A stretch of DNA of 63,919 nucleotides, counting the filler, from Globobulimina sp. (lineage: Eukaryota): the NCBI GenBank assembly GCA_003354225.1. It is 40 parts of 40 records of this genome, joined end to end, with 100 filler letters (N's around TTAATTAATTAA, not from the genome) between each part and the next. Parts side by side here need not be neighbours in the genome. Positions count along the whole stretch, not along the records: positions 49,625 to 51,124 come from PIVH01015709.1; positions 51,225 to 52,724 come from PIVH01015710.1; positions 52,825 to 54,324 come from PIVH01015711.1; positions 54,425 to 55,924 come from PIVH01015712.1; positions 56,025 to 57,523 come from PIVH01015713.1; positions 57,624 to 59,122 come from PIVH01015714.1; positions 59,223 to 60,721 come from PIVH01015715.1; positions 60,822 to 62,320 come from PIVH01015716.1; 32 more parts are not named here. The stretch is one strand, 5' to 3'. The translations under genes were made by a program, and so were the position numbers. Under the pieces are notes generated by a model. It had not been told where the DNA came from. It made no database searches and saw only the letters and a program-made list of their open reading frames with translations. Shown here one piece after another: positions 50,210 through 62,591 of this stretch. How positions within the stretch are numbered: the stretch's first letter is position 1; each line of letters begins with the position of its first letter.

Positions 50210-50409
50210 TTTAATTTTTTATTAATATTTATTTTGAACGAAAATAACAAAAGAACTGCAGAATGCAAAATCAAAAGATTGATCTACACCTTTGCAAAGT
50301 TTTGAGTAAAAACTTTGTGTGTTTTGAATAATTAATAATATTTATAATAAAATTATAGCGTTATTAACAAAGATATAGCATACATATAGTACATATATTA
50401 GTATATACA

Positions 50410-51124
50410 TTAGCATAGTATTTTTACTGTGGATCCATTCTCTGTTTTTATTGGAAACGGACGTTTGTATTCAACTGGTTTATATTCCATTTGTTGATTG
50501 CAGTTGTTGACATTCCCACGTTCGTTTTCAACAAGAGGCAATAAATTGTGTTCCAAATCTCGTTTAACCTCATACATTATGACTGCTTTAAAACATGGAC
50601 AAATCAGATATAAATAGTATGTATGCAACAGGTTGACAAACGTTATGTATTCACTCGTATTATGTTCCTCCATTAAAAACACTGAAATACTCATTGATAT
50701 TGAAGCTATTGCAAATACAAAATGCCATAATATTTGAACTGCAATCCATTGATCATCAACGATGATAACAATGCTCATTACAACGCATAGTATGTAACAT
50801 ATTTCATAAAAAACAGTTAATATTGCAATTTTATTTAGCATATACATGATTTCATTATGTACTTCAATATGAATTGTTCCTTCCCTCCAATTAGAAACAT
50901 CAAATGATATTATTTTACCAATGTACAGCAACAATGTGGCAAAATCCCATATAAAATAAAGTGAATATGTCCAAATTATATATGCGTTATCTTCAACAAT
51001 AACTGTAGCATTTTCTACAATAAATTGTGATCTGGAGTTAATTGTGCAAAATCCGTTTATTTTGGTAACAATCCATGGAGTAATCAATGCGTGCAACAGT
51101 AATATGGCACCAATCGAATGCATA
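50410..51124 (-). CDS. Multi-pass (7TM-like) membrane protein, 5'-truncated
   Basis: Four TM segments, WDFATLLLY, KIAILTVFYE, FLMEEHNT. Confidence 0.65.
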
Positions 51125-51754
51125 NNNNNNNNNNNNNNNNNNNNNNNNNNNNNNNNNNNNNNNNNNNNTTAATTAATTAANNNNNNNNNNNNNNNNNNNN
51201 NNNNNNNNNNNNNNNNNNNNNNNNGGAGGCTTCCTTTTCTGTAAAAAATCCATTTTGTTTCGTAATATGTAGAAACGCTGAAATTGAACCAGGTTGACTG
51301 CGCCCAAAATGATAGAGATTGGAATCACAGAGAACATCAAATAGGCGATAACAACATCGGCAACCGCCATTGTTTTAAAGTAGTGGGTTTAAAAAAAAGT
51401 GACAAACTTTAAAAAACTTTCAAATCAGACAAATTAATTAATTCTACCTCATCTGATGTAATTAAATTAAAAGATTATATTTTGTTTCTTTCCCATGAAG
51501 CTGCAATATAGAAACCAATCCGTAATTAGAGTTACTGTTAAGCATTGTTCATTTTTTTACACTATTAATTTGTTCCAATCTTTGGATTGATTAGATTGAA
51601 AAGCGAGTCCCAAACGTATAAAAAATATTCAGCTCAAAGGCATTATTCTCTAACTTAATGAAAGTATCATAATTGCCCTGCGATATACATTATGAAACAT
51701 CAATAATTGGCAGCAATAATATAAAGTATTGTTTGTAATTAGTAATGTATAAGA

Positions 51755-52724
51755 ATGGGAAATAAAAGTAGTAAGACATCACAACGAAGAGCAACAGTCG
51801 GAAATACACAAAATATGAACAAAACTAAGCATCTGGAGATAACACCAAAAAAACGAATGTCATGGAATGGGAATGGAAATGTAAATCGAGAGAAAACTGA
51901 AATTAATCTGTTATCTCCGAATCCCAATCCAAATAACAATGAAAATAACAATGAAAATAAAAACGGTTCAAAAGTAACCGTTTCTACATTTCATTCATTA
52001 AAAACAAATGCAAAAAATCCGTTTATCAAACCACAGAAAAAGATGTTTTTATCACCCAATGCGAAATTATTCAGTCCATCCCACAAATCGCGTACCTCAG
52101 TATCCACAGCCTCGGCATCAAAATATCAAAAAAAACAAGAAATATTCAATTACAGCCAAAAACATAAAATCGCCACCAATTGCAAGAAAAGCAAAAGCGT
52201 TTCCCATAAAAGACGCTCATTAGATATAAATTCAATTGTCATTGCATCGCGTTTTAAATTGATCAAGAAATTAGGAAAAGGCTCATTTGGTGTTGCATAC
52301 AAAGCGCTCGATTTGACCAACAATCAAAATATTGCAATAAAATTAGAAAAAAAAAGAGATGGACAGAAAAATAGTAAGGCCTCAACAATGAATGAACGCG
52401 AAATCAGTATATTAGAGCGACTGTCGTCGTGCAGCAGGGTACCCAAACTGTTATGGTCTGGGCAATATAAACAATATCATGGCATAGCGTTGGAATTGCA
52501 AGGCATGAATTTATCGGATTTATATGAAATATGTGGACGTAAGTTTTCATTATCAACAGCTATATATATCATTATTGAGTGCATTTCTTGTATGAAAGCT
52601 GTCCATTCGAAAGGAATCGTTCATCGTGATATTAAACCACAGAATTTTATAATAGATCGCGATCATAAAAAGAACAAAATCCATGTAATTGATTTTGGGC
52701 TCAGTTCATGGTTTGTTACGTCCA
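51755..52724 (+). CDS. Casein kinase 1-family Ser/Thr kinase, 3'-truncated
   Basis: LGKGSFG, IAIKLE, CGRKFSL, HRDIKPQNF, IDFGLS. Confidence 0.93.
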
Positions 52725-52824
52725 NNNNNNNNNNNNNNNNNNNNNNNNNNNNNNNNNNNNNNNNNNNNTTAATTAATTAANNNNNNNNNNNNNNNNNNNN
52801 NNNNNNNNNNNNNNNNNNNNNNNN

Positions 52825-54324
52825 CAATAAAAAAGATGTGAAAGGCAGTGGTATTTATGTGGTGGAGGGCAATGACGTGGACATGATCGAAGATAGCAAT
52901 ATCAACGATTTCTATCAACGACGGCCAGAAACGACGAGATCCAATGGGCCCAAAAGTACGTTCAAAGAGGAGAAAATATCTGAAATGGAACAAGTTTATA
53001 GCTCGGAACCCATCGCTTTTGTGAAATTGCCAATGATCGACCAGTTACATCGGTTGCTTTCGGGCGAGTACCAGTTGCATTTATGGCAAGTGCCGGTATT
53101 CAAATATATCAAAGGTGGGCCCAAAATCGATCCGTATTCAACTGGTTCATATAAAAAGTTTGGATCCGCGCGGGAGTGCCAACTAAAAAAAAACAACAAA
53201 CTAAACAGTGTGCTGTTAACTGTGCACTTTGCATTGGATGCGTATGATTTTGATGTTGTTGCACCGATTGTAAATATGCGGCGACCACATTATATCCGGC
53301 GGCAAATAGAAGCATATAACAAGAAAACATTCCCATCACAGAATATATTGTATGATATTATCCAAAGAGATGGCATATTCCCATTGGATGAACGCGACAA
53401 AATGTTGATCTATTCGAATAAGGAGAAATTAATGCGAGACAGTAGTAACATCCCTACTTTTCTGCGCAGTGTGAAATGGCTGGATATTGAGAGCAGAATG
53501 GAGGCCTACGATTATTTGGAAAAGTGGAACATTTCAAGTGAGACAAACCCGGAGGATATGATTGAATTATTACGCTATGAATTTGCTGATAATAGAATCA
53601 GATTATATGCTATTAATTGTTTAAATAAATTGGATGATTATACACTGTGTTCGTGTTTGTTGCAATTATGCCAAGCTTTGAAGCACGAATTGCATCACGA
53701 CTCCTTTTTGTCGCGTTTTTTGATCATTCGGGCATTGCACAGTCCCTTTCAAATTGGACATTATTTGTTTTATCATTTAAAATCGGAATACGATAATGAT
53801 GACTATGCATGGAAGGAAAGATATGGTTTATTGTTGAAAGAGTACCTCAAATATTTGCCCTTTTATCCATTATATCCATTCATCAATTTAACCAAACGTT
53901 TATTTGAACAAATTAATCTCATCAATCGATTAAAGTTTATCTCGTTAACCATTCAGAATTATAAGAAAAAGAAATTGAACAAAAAGAATCTAAGCAATTT
54001 GTTGCAAAATGAATTACAGCGATTAAACGATGACATTTTCAGAGAGAATGGCAATGCAAATACAACGACAATCACATTACCGCTAAATCCGTGCTATGTG
54101 GTGGGCGAATTACAAGTGTCGAAATGTAAATTTATGTCCTCTGCCAAGATGCCGCTGTGGCTATGTTTTGCCAATGGCGATAAATATAATTATAACGTCG
54201 ACATATATACAATGTTTAAGTGTGGCGACGATCTGCGCCAAGACATACTTACACTGCAATTGATATCCATTATGGACTCCTTTTGGCTGACAAACAAGAT
54301 CGATTTAAATAGGAAACCCTATCA
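52825..54324 (+). CDS. Phosphatidylinositol 3-kinase catalytic subunit (C2-helical-kinase fragment)
   Basis: LLQLCQALKHE, IGHYLFYHLKSE, CKFMSSAKMPLWL, FKCGDDLRQDILTLQ. Confidence 0.95.
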
Positions 54325-54577
54325 NNNNNNNNNNNNNNNNNNNNNNNNNNNNNNNNNNNNNNNNNNNNTTAATTAATTAANNNNNNNNNNNNNNNNNNNN
54401 NNNNNNNNNNNNNNNNNNNNNNNNTTATTTCTGTGAAATAACCCTAATTATTTCCTACTAGTACGGTTTATAAGATTTTATTGAGCAATGTGTGACAGGC
54501 AAGCGAGACTAGCGATGACAGCTGTACAACCTCCTAATTAGCAAAATACTGTAAACATGTAATTAGCAGTAAGAGTA

Positions 54578-55604
54578 TCACAATGTAAAGTCTAGCAGTT
54601 CGGCCATCTTTTCCCCAAATTTAGTTTGACTAGCAGCTGAGGTATGAGTTTCTTGTGAAATCCCAAACATCTTTTTGGTGATCCCGAATTTGGTTTCTGG
54701 TGATGGATTGATGTATGTGCACAGGGAATTGGGATCCACCCACCTTCCATGACGTTGAATAAGTTCTCTATCCACTCCTTTTTTGGCCGCCTGCGAGGCC
54801 CCTCCCGCTCTCAGACTATGAAGCCCATACATTTTGGGATCTTCTCCCAGGTGTCCTAGGAGTCGTTTGAAATGTCCAGCAGTAGTCTTATAGTCAATCT
54901 TCCGTCCTGTAGCAGAGAATACTGGGTCATAAGGTTTCGAAGTGGGTGTACTGTCCCGCCACTCCTGTAGTGCTTTTACTGGACATACCAAAGTCTGTGT
55001 TCCAGCCAAATGCACCTGCTTCCCTTCTCTCATCTGGTCGTTTTTTGCCCGAGGAATAATAAGAATTAGCCCCTCTGTGGTAAACTGGATATCCCGCCAA
55101 ATCATGTCCCTGGCCTCCGCGAAACGGAGAAAGGCGGCGAAAGAAACTGTAAAATATGCTTGTAGTCGTGAGGCGGGCTCGATCTCGCATCGCGCATCTG
55201 TCAAGTATGTACAGAGTTTGTGCAACAAACTGAGAGAAAGTTCCGTCTTGCGCTTTTGACCTTGCCTCATTCGTCTTTTTTGCGTTCGTAGAATAGCCGA
55301 TGTAGCACTTCCTTGGGTAGGGTCAGGTAGGGCACATTGTTTATGCCACCATCTAAGTGCTGCGACAATCTGCTGAGTCGGTGCTGGAGTTTTAACATAT
55401 TTCCCTTTCTGAAGGAGATAAAGGGCCACATCTACTTCCTTTGCCGGTAAAACATGTACCTGGGCATTCTCGGCCCAATTTATCCAATGATAAATTTCCC
55501 GCGTGTATGCTTTTTGTGTTTTCTGCTCTACTGGACCAGATTTGACCCATGATTTCGTCGACCATTGCTGCGTTAAAATTTTGCCAATATGTCGTCGCCT
55601 TCAT
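54578..55604 (-). mobile_element. Tyrosine recombinase of DIRS/Ngaro type, frameshifted at the T5 run 55511-55515
   Basis: Catalytic FLRFAE, AKNDQ, HSLRAGGAS, HGRW, CTY; joining frames gives N-terminal SRAENTK(K)AYTREIYHWINWAE. Confidence 0.85.
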
Positions 55605-56087
55605 GTATCCTAGAATTTATATTCCGGAATTACTAAATGTTCTGGCATGCCTGAGTATGTAATGTATGTGAGTATCGAATTTTAACTCTTGGCCCGTGAG
55701 TTACATAATATGTACTTGATATGCTCTGTACTAGAATGAGACAAAAACTATGTATAATGTAAATGTCTACGATAATTCAAATATATGTAGGTTTACTTTA
55801 GTACCTACTTTAATCAACACTGGACATGAAATTCATTCTACCCTCCTCTGGCGAAATTTTAACTATAACTTTAATAATGCTTCAAATTACGATCATCTAT
55901 TTACTATGTTTTCTCAGCATATATNNNNNNNNNNNNNNNNNNNNNNNNNNNNNNNNNNNNNNNNNNNNTTAATTAATTAANNNNNNNNNNNNNNNNNNNN
56001 NNNNNNNNNNNNNNNNNNNNNNNNTCAAAACGTAAAAATTATCAAAATAGCACGCACGTTTCACGAAATCCTAAAAAAAGAAAAATA

Positions 56088-56486
56088 ATGCATAAAGCTC
56101 ATTATGTTGATACAATTGCAAACCATGAAGATTTTAATCCAAATGATTTTATTTTTCAGCCTGATTTAATGATAAATTCAAGACCAAAACGACAAAGAAA
56201 AAAAAATATTTCGTACAAAGACATGGATTCAAATGCTTTTTTCGCGAATTATGCGCCGTTAGAACCAAAAGCAAAGCCGAAGCCGAAACAAGTAGCACAA
56301 CATAAACCATTTCAAAGTGTGGTGGAAAATTCATGGGTTCAATGTGATAAATGTTCAAAATGGAGAAGAATACCTTCATCGATATCAACTAAACGATTTG
56401 AAGGGAAATGGCTATGTTCAATGAATAAATGGGATTTGAAACGTAATTCATGCGAAGCAAATGAAGAGCAATATTACACTGTTTGA
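56088..56486 (+). CDS. CW-type zinc finger protein (possibly 5'-partial)
   Basis: WVQCDKCSKWRRI...WLCSMNKWD...NSCEANEE. Confidence 0.9.
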   Translation: MHKAHYVDTIANHEDFNPNDFIFQPDLMINSRPKRQRKKNISYKDMDSNAFFANYAPLEPKAKPKPKQVAQHKPFQSVVENSWVQCDKCSKWRRIPSSISTKRFEGKWLCSMNKWDLKRNSCEANEEQYYTV

Positions 56487-56715
56487 AATTTAAATTTTAA
56501 TTACGATTATGTCCGATCTCAAACTTTTCCAACGAATAATAATACAACTCTTGCAACGACCATTTCCTGTACAGTTGAGATGGAGACATGGAGTTTATGA
56601 TGAGAGGATTAAATGAACTAAAGGTTTTTTAGAAATTAAAATACGTAAAAACCATATCATTAAATCTAATACACATTGCAAGATATATACAATAACAACC
56701 ACATGTAAGTGATGT

Positions 56716-57523
56716 TTATATTCGTGTTTTTTGTGTTTTTGATGTTTTTGGTGTTTTGGGTGATTTTGGTGTTTTAGGTGTTCCAGGATCTGCATACATT
56801 GATAGTCCAAATGATATAGAATGCCTAAAAGATGGCTGCCGTTTCATTATCTCGATAGAATCCTGTTTTTTAATGATTGGTGTCTGTATCGAGTGTCTCC
56901 CACCAACAGTGATAAATGATTTCTTTTTTTCTTTTATATGCCTTAATGATGCGGATTTGATCGATCTTGGATTAGATTTCGTTTTTTGTGCTTCTAATAT
57001 GTGACACCATTTTAACACTAAATCTAGTTTCTCATAAAACGGCACTATCTCATATTTTGCTTTTGGTTTATTTTTGAACAATACATTTACAAATAAGATT
57101 AAACATTTTATAAACTCAACGAATGATATCTCATCATAATCAAACAAATATTCGTTTTTACATAAAACAAAACATTTTTTATAATCTGATAACTGTCCCT
57201 TACCACCTTTTTTCCATATCGATGCATTAATTAATTGAGCACATTTACATAATTCAATCGACATTGCACACCATTCATCAATATTTAATCCAAAATCATC
57301 CCTTGTACTCATACCAATATTATCCATGTCATCCAATCGGGAAAACTTTGTATAAATTCTTCGTAAACATTTATCTGATTTTTTAATTTTTAATTTTACA
57401 GTTTCGTTCTTATTCAATTTATATTTATTTAGTTCCAAAACATTATCGTAAATATATTTTCTTATACGTTTTTTAATTAAAATATCAAAACATTGATACA
57501 AGTTTTTCTTGTTTGTTTTATTA
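56716..57523 (-). CDS. Hypothetical protein with EF-hand-like segments and PKT-repeat tail
   Basis: LNIDEW, ISFVEFIKCL; PKTPKSPKT tail. Confidence 0.55.
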
Positions 57524-57762
57524 NNNNNNNNNNNNNNNNNNNNNNNNNNNNNNNNNNNNNNNNNNNNTTAATTAATTAANNNNNNNNNNNNNNNNNNNNN
57601 NNNNNNNNNNNNNNNNNNNNNNNTCCGGATTCATGTGTAGGTTTGTGGACTTTTACTATATTTATATATTTTAATTTATGTGCTTCTTCGAGTGCTCTGA
57701 AAGGATCGATGCGAAAAAAAAGAAAAGTGAAAATTTTTACTTCTGTCTCTAGATATTTTATA

Positions 57763-59122
57763 ATGTCAACACAAGCACTTCGCACCACCGATAAGTGTGT
57801 TGTGTATTGGGATTATTACAGTATGCCGATCCCAAAAGAAAGCAACCTATCAACAATTGTGCCTCAATTGAAGCATAAATTATGGTCTTGCATTGGAGCC
57901 AAATTACCCATTCAATTCAAAGTTTATATTCGAGCGTCCAACATAACGCAAGAAATCCAGAATGCCTTTGATATAAATGGGATAATGCAAATTCAAATTC
58001 CGTCAAACAAACCGGAATCAGTGGACAAGAGAATGATGTTAGATATTACATTTAGTTTATTTGAATTAGAGAGAGATAATAAAACGCGACCAATTGCCCT
58101 GATTTCTGCAGATGAAGATTTTGGTCATTTATTATCAAAAATAACTCACACGCCACCAATATCAAATCAATTTTTAATATTATTGCGGAATACCTCCATT
58201 GACAGTAATTTATCAAATGCTGTGGACCAAATAATACAATTAGACCATGCATATGAATATGATCATAAATATCCTATCAAACATATACAAGACAAAAGTC
58301 ATGAAAATAAAAAGAGTTTAAAACGTATTAGTATTAACGTACAAGAATTAAATTCAAATATAACAACCACAATCAGTGTTGACAGGGATGCCAAAATAAA
58401 CAAAATCAAGCATAAGATTCGAGTGAGTTTAATTCCAAGCTTCAAAGGAAGAGAAGTTGATAACAGTTTAATTTTAAGCTTCAAAGGAAGAGAAGTATGG
58501 AACAGGAAATATCTCACTGATTACGGTATATCTAATGGTGACACATTAGTTTGGTTCTGGGCGCAGAATGGAAATGTCAACGTTACCAAAGCATTGAAAG
58601 CAAAACAAAAAAAGAAAAAGGTTGATATCGTTCAGATCAGATTTGAACATTTATATAATTTAGATTCGAAGACATTTATACTCGAAATAAAAACAAAGAA
58701 CAGCACTGTGGGTAATGTGCGAGAGATGGTGCATCAAAAAAATATCCAGTTCGGTTTAGCAAAGAAGTCATTGCTATTATTATTCAATGGAAATGAGTTG
58801 AAGGATGACATAAAAATCACAGATTTAAATTTGTCGCATAATGACACGATACGATGGCACTATGAAATGAATATGATTGATGCACCAAATATGTCAGAGA
58901 CAGAATTCGAATCAAAATGTACGATAGCAGCAAATATGATTGTTATTGAGTTGCAACAGCAAGTAACAAAGAAAAAAATAACAATTTCAATTGGCAAAGG
59001 AACTAAAATCAAAAAAATCAAAAAACACATTAGAAAATGTGCTGTGTCGGGAGTTACAACCAACGTTAACGGTGCACCGATATATATGCACTTCAATGGT
59101 CAAATATTAGGCAACGTAAAAA
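57763..59122 (+). CDS. NYN (limkain/MARF1-type PIN-like) RNase domain followed by at least three ubiquitin-like domains, 3'-truncated
   Basis: VVYWDY, ESVDKRM, LISADEDF; UBLs end in LSFKG...LTDYGISNGDTL, LLFNG..LKDD...LSHNDTI, MHFNGQIL. Confidence 0.75.
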
Positions 59123-59233
59123 NNNNNNNNNNNNNNNNNNNNNNNNNNNNNNNNNNNNNNNNNNNNTTAATTAATTAANNNNNNNNNNNNNNNNNNNNNN
59201 NNNNNNNNNNNNNNNNNNNNNNCACAGCCAATA

Positions 59234-59761
59234 ATGACTGAAAATGAAAGACAGAGAAAAAACAAGATCGTGACTAAAGCCAGGGAAGAAATCAAAAAAA
59301 GATATGATCAATGTTGGCATAAATCAAGATATCTGCCCCCAGTAACACCAGGGATTGAATATGTACGAAAAGATCCCAGTTGTGATGATGAAACAAAATT
59401 GAAATTGTACCCCTACACTCGTAGACAAAGAAATAAAAGAAAGAGGTATGAAAAGTACATATGGGAAATTCGTAATGAATTAGAACAAGTCATTGAGTTA
59501 GTTTTTGGACCATATGATTGTTATGATAAACATGCTGCTCGATTGTTAACCATATTTTATGGGAATGTGATTGATCTGGCGACTGCAGAAAAACTATTTG
59601 AAAGCTGGCACATTTTTGATCCCAGAGCACAAAAACGAGGTAAAAAAATTAGATCACAACCATCGCAAATGCCAGAATCAGCGCCACCTGTGTTACAAAA
59701 AATACTAAGTCCAAGAGCGCGAAAACCACCTCCTTGGCATAGTGATTTTGAAAAACATTGA
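59234..59761 (+). CDS. Hypothetical basic protein
   Basis: 175-codon ORF, no family recognised. Confidence 0.4.
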   Translation: MTENERQRKNKIVTKAREEIKKRYDQCWHKSRYLPPVTPGIEYVRKDPSCDDETKLKLYPYTRRQRNKRKRYEKYIWEIRNELEQVIELVFGPYDCYDKHAARLLTIFYGNVIDLATAEKLFESWHIFDPRAQKRGKKIRSQPSQMPESAPPVLQKILSPRARKPPPWHSDFEKH

Positions 59762-60825
59762 TTCTAGTATGCCGTCCCGCCGGGTAGGAAAATAGTCTTG
59801 AAATTATATTGCTTGTTGCCTACAGTACTCTAGTTGAAGCATTTTGACATTGAAGCTAATAGTGAGAAGCGGAGGTACCCAGTGGATTACATTAGCTGAA
59901 AGATCTAATGCAAGCACAAATTGTTACGATAATTTTGAATGCATGATATGGGTTTTAATAATAATAGTTTGATATGGTATAGATTAAAGGAAATTTTTTT
60001 TTCAGACTGCCATGTCCAGGTCCATGGAATCCTGATGACAGACAGGGCTGGAATTAATAATCATCAAATAAAATATTTATATTTTAGAGTCAAAAACAGG
60101 AGCAAGTTGTCACGGCGTGATCAACCATGACAATCTGTGGAATTTTTGACACATAATCTCATTTTTTTTGCATGATTTTAGGCCAATTTTCAGGTTTTTA
60201 GGTACAGATAAGTTGGAATCATCAACTACACCTGCCTGGTCGAACCATCGAAAATTTGGATATCCTCTTTTGGGGAATGTTCGGATCGGTTAGTCGTTTT
60301 AAATATTAATAAATAGGTTAACAATAGTATTTTGTTTCGTAACAATTTTGTGCAGAAAACTAGATTTAAAACTATCAAAAATTGCGCCAGTTAGACGAGT
60401 AGACGGGCGCATTGATGTACGGTACATACATCGATTTATTAAGGCCAGTAAGCTAGGGAAGCTAGTATGTTATATAACGACCAGTGTTCAGTATGTACGG
60501 GCAACATTACAACACAAGCAATAAAGCAATTTCGACTATAAACCTACCCGAAGGGTAGCGTACAGTGGCGTTTAACAATCAAAACGGGCAGTTTACAATT
60601 ATAATGGAGAAAAACACTAATATAAAAGTTCCTTATCGTAAATTTTTCTCCGTAAAGCACAACCATATTTTTGTATAAAAATCGGAAAACTTAAAATATC
60701 TTCGTTTTTTGAATAGTTGTANNNNNNNNNNNNNNNNNNNNNNNNNNNNNNNNNNNNNNNNNNNNTTAATTAATTAANNNNNNNNNNNNNNNNNNNNNNN
60801 NNNNNNNNNNNNNNNNNNNNNAAGT

Positions 60826-61541
60826 ATGATCGGAAAAAAGATAATATTATTGTTGTTGTTGATAAATATCGCATATTCTGGGTTGTTAGCGTTTAAAATC
60901 GGACCTCGTCTGAAAGAATGTTTCTATGAAGAGATAAATTATCAAACAGGCGCAATCGATTTAGAATATGAGGTCATTGAAGGTGGCGATTTAGACATTG
61001 GAATAACTATAATTGACCCGCGACAACAAACGATATTGCATAAAGTATCCAATTTTGATATCAGAAGAGGTGGCAAGTCTGACGCAGAAAAGGTAAATTT
61101 GATTAATCTTAAACACGGAATACATGAGATCTGTTTTGATAATACAATGATGAGAGATTATAAGGTAATGGTGATTTATACAACCGATCAAAGTAAAGGA
61201 AATATTCGGCACAAAGCAGGTGAAAAATTGGCTGAAAAGAGCGAATTAGAAAACTTAGAAAGTTTAGCACTTGAATTACAGGAAGAATTGGGACAATTGG
61301 AACGTTTGCAACAATACACACAAAGAAGATTACATAGACATATATGGAGTTACGTGGCTTTTCTATATTTTATTTTGTTTTTTGTTTAATATTAAACATG
61401 TTTGAAGCACAAGAATCAACCGCGTCTCGTCGGAGTTGGCTGACTATGTTGCAAATGATTATTGTGGTCATTGTGGTAATTGCTCAAACTCTTTATATCA
61501 AAGCATGGTTTGGCAAAAGGCAAAATTCTTTCCGAGTGTGA
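60826..61541 (+). CDS. p24/EMP24/GOLD family cargo receptor; intron 61349-61407
   Basis: Signal peptide, ECFYE...YEVIEGGDLDI...ICFDN, coiled coil; splicing gives HIWTQESTASR plus TM and short tail. Confidence 0.92.
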
Positions 61542-62591
61542 CCAAAATTATTTGATTGTTTTTCTTTTTCGTTTCAATTTGATTTATCATTTATTTAATA
61601 TACGGATTTCGAAACGATGCTTTTTTTTTAGTACTTTTCATCGATTTTGTTTGAATGGCCTCAATTAATCAATTAACAAAATAGCATTTCATGGAATATT
61701 GATAGTCCCACAAATAAAAACTTATCCTTTTTCTAAATAACTCAATGTTCTCACAATTTATTTTTTTGACTGTACTTCCATTTTGTATTCATTATTCTTA
61801 TACCGACTTATTATAATGATTACATACAATAATATTAATTATTGTAAAAATAAACAACCGTGACGATGCATCAGGATGCATCGTCCCGGCCCACTGTTTT
61901 TCTCAGCCTTCAAATTTCCTTTGTACCATGCCCTTCTTTCAGATGAATGGCAACCTATTTCTAATCGTAGTTTTCTTAATGTCGCTGTATCTAATCTCTA
62001 GTTTAGTATTTGCGTTGTTGTGTTTTCATTTGAGCAACCAATGTCGCAATGCAATTATTTCAATAGATGAAACATTAAGTATTTCAAACCCAATTCATGA
62101 CCAATTTGTACCACCAAATGGGAAAATGGTGCTATTACCAGCCACACAAAGAAAAAGTTGAGAATTTAATGCATACTCCGTACTTAATATACAGTGCGAC
62201 TCATTTTGTTTACAGGTTTACGATTCTCCAACACCGCAAATTGCCACCCGTTGGGACCAACGAGTAACTGCCGCTGTAAACGAGATAACTCATTCGTTAT
62301 AAAACCACCAGCATCGATATNNNNNNNNNNNNNNNNNNNNNNNNNNNNNNNNNNNNNNNNNNNNTTAATTAATTAANNNNNNNNNNNNNNNNNNNNNNNN
62401 NNNNNNNNNNNNNNNNNNNNTCCGGTCCGGCTGCTGGCAAGATTCCCCGCTGTCCAATGGTGTTCCATGGTGGTTACCTGGACCCACCTATCCTACAATG
62501 GGGTGGATAGCCGTGTAGCACAGTGCTCAACGCAAGGACCTTTGAGTGTAATCTGCACCATCATAGCGAAGATTATTCACCGAACCACTGA

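Noticed and set aside
54425..59122. Recombinase, CW finger and NYN nuclease as a defence island
   Set aside because: They lie on separate contigs ordered only by length
61870..62320. TGA-interrupted minus frame suggesting an alternative genetic code
   Set aside because: No recognisable protein results, and TGA serves as a normal stop in other genes here (for example p24 at 61541)
1503..62420. Regularly spaced identical TTAATTAATTAA as a CRISPR-like or biological repeat array
   Set aside because: Always embedded in N runs with stops in six frames; it is a synthetic linker
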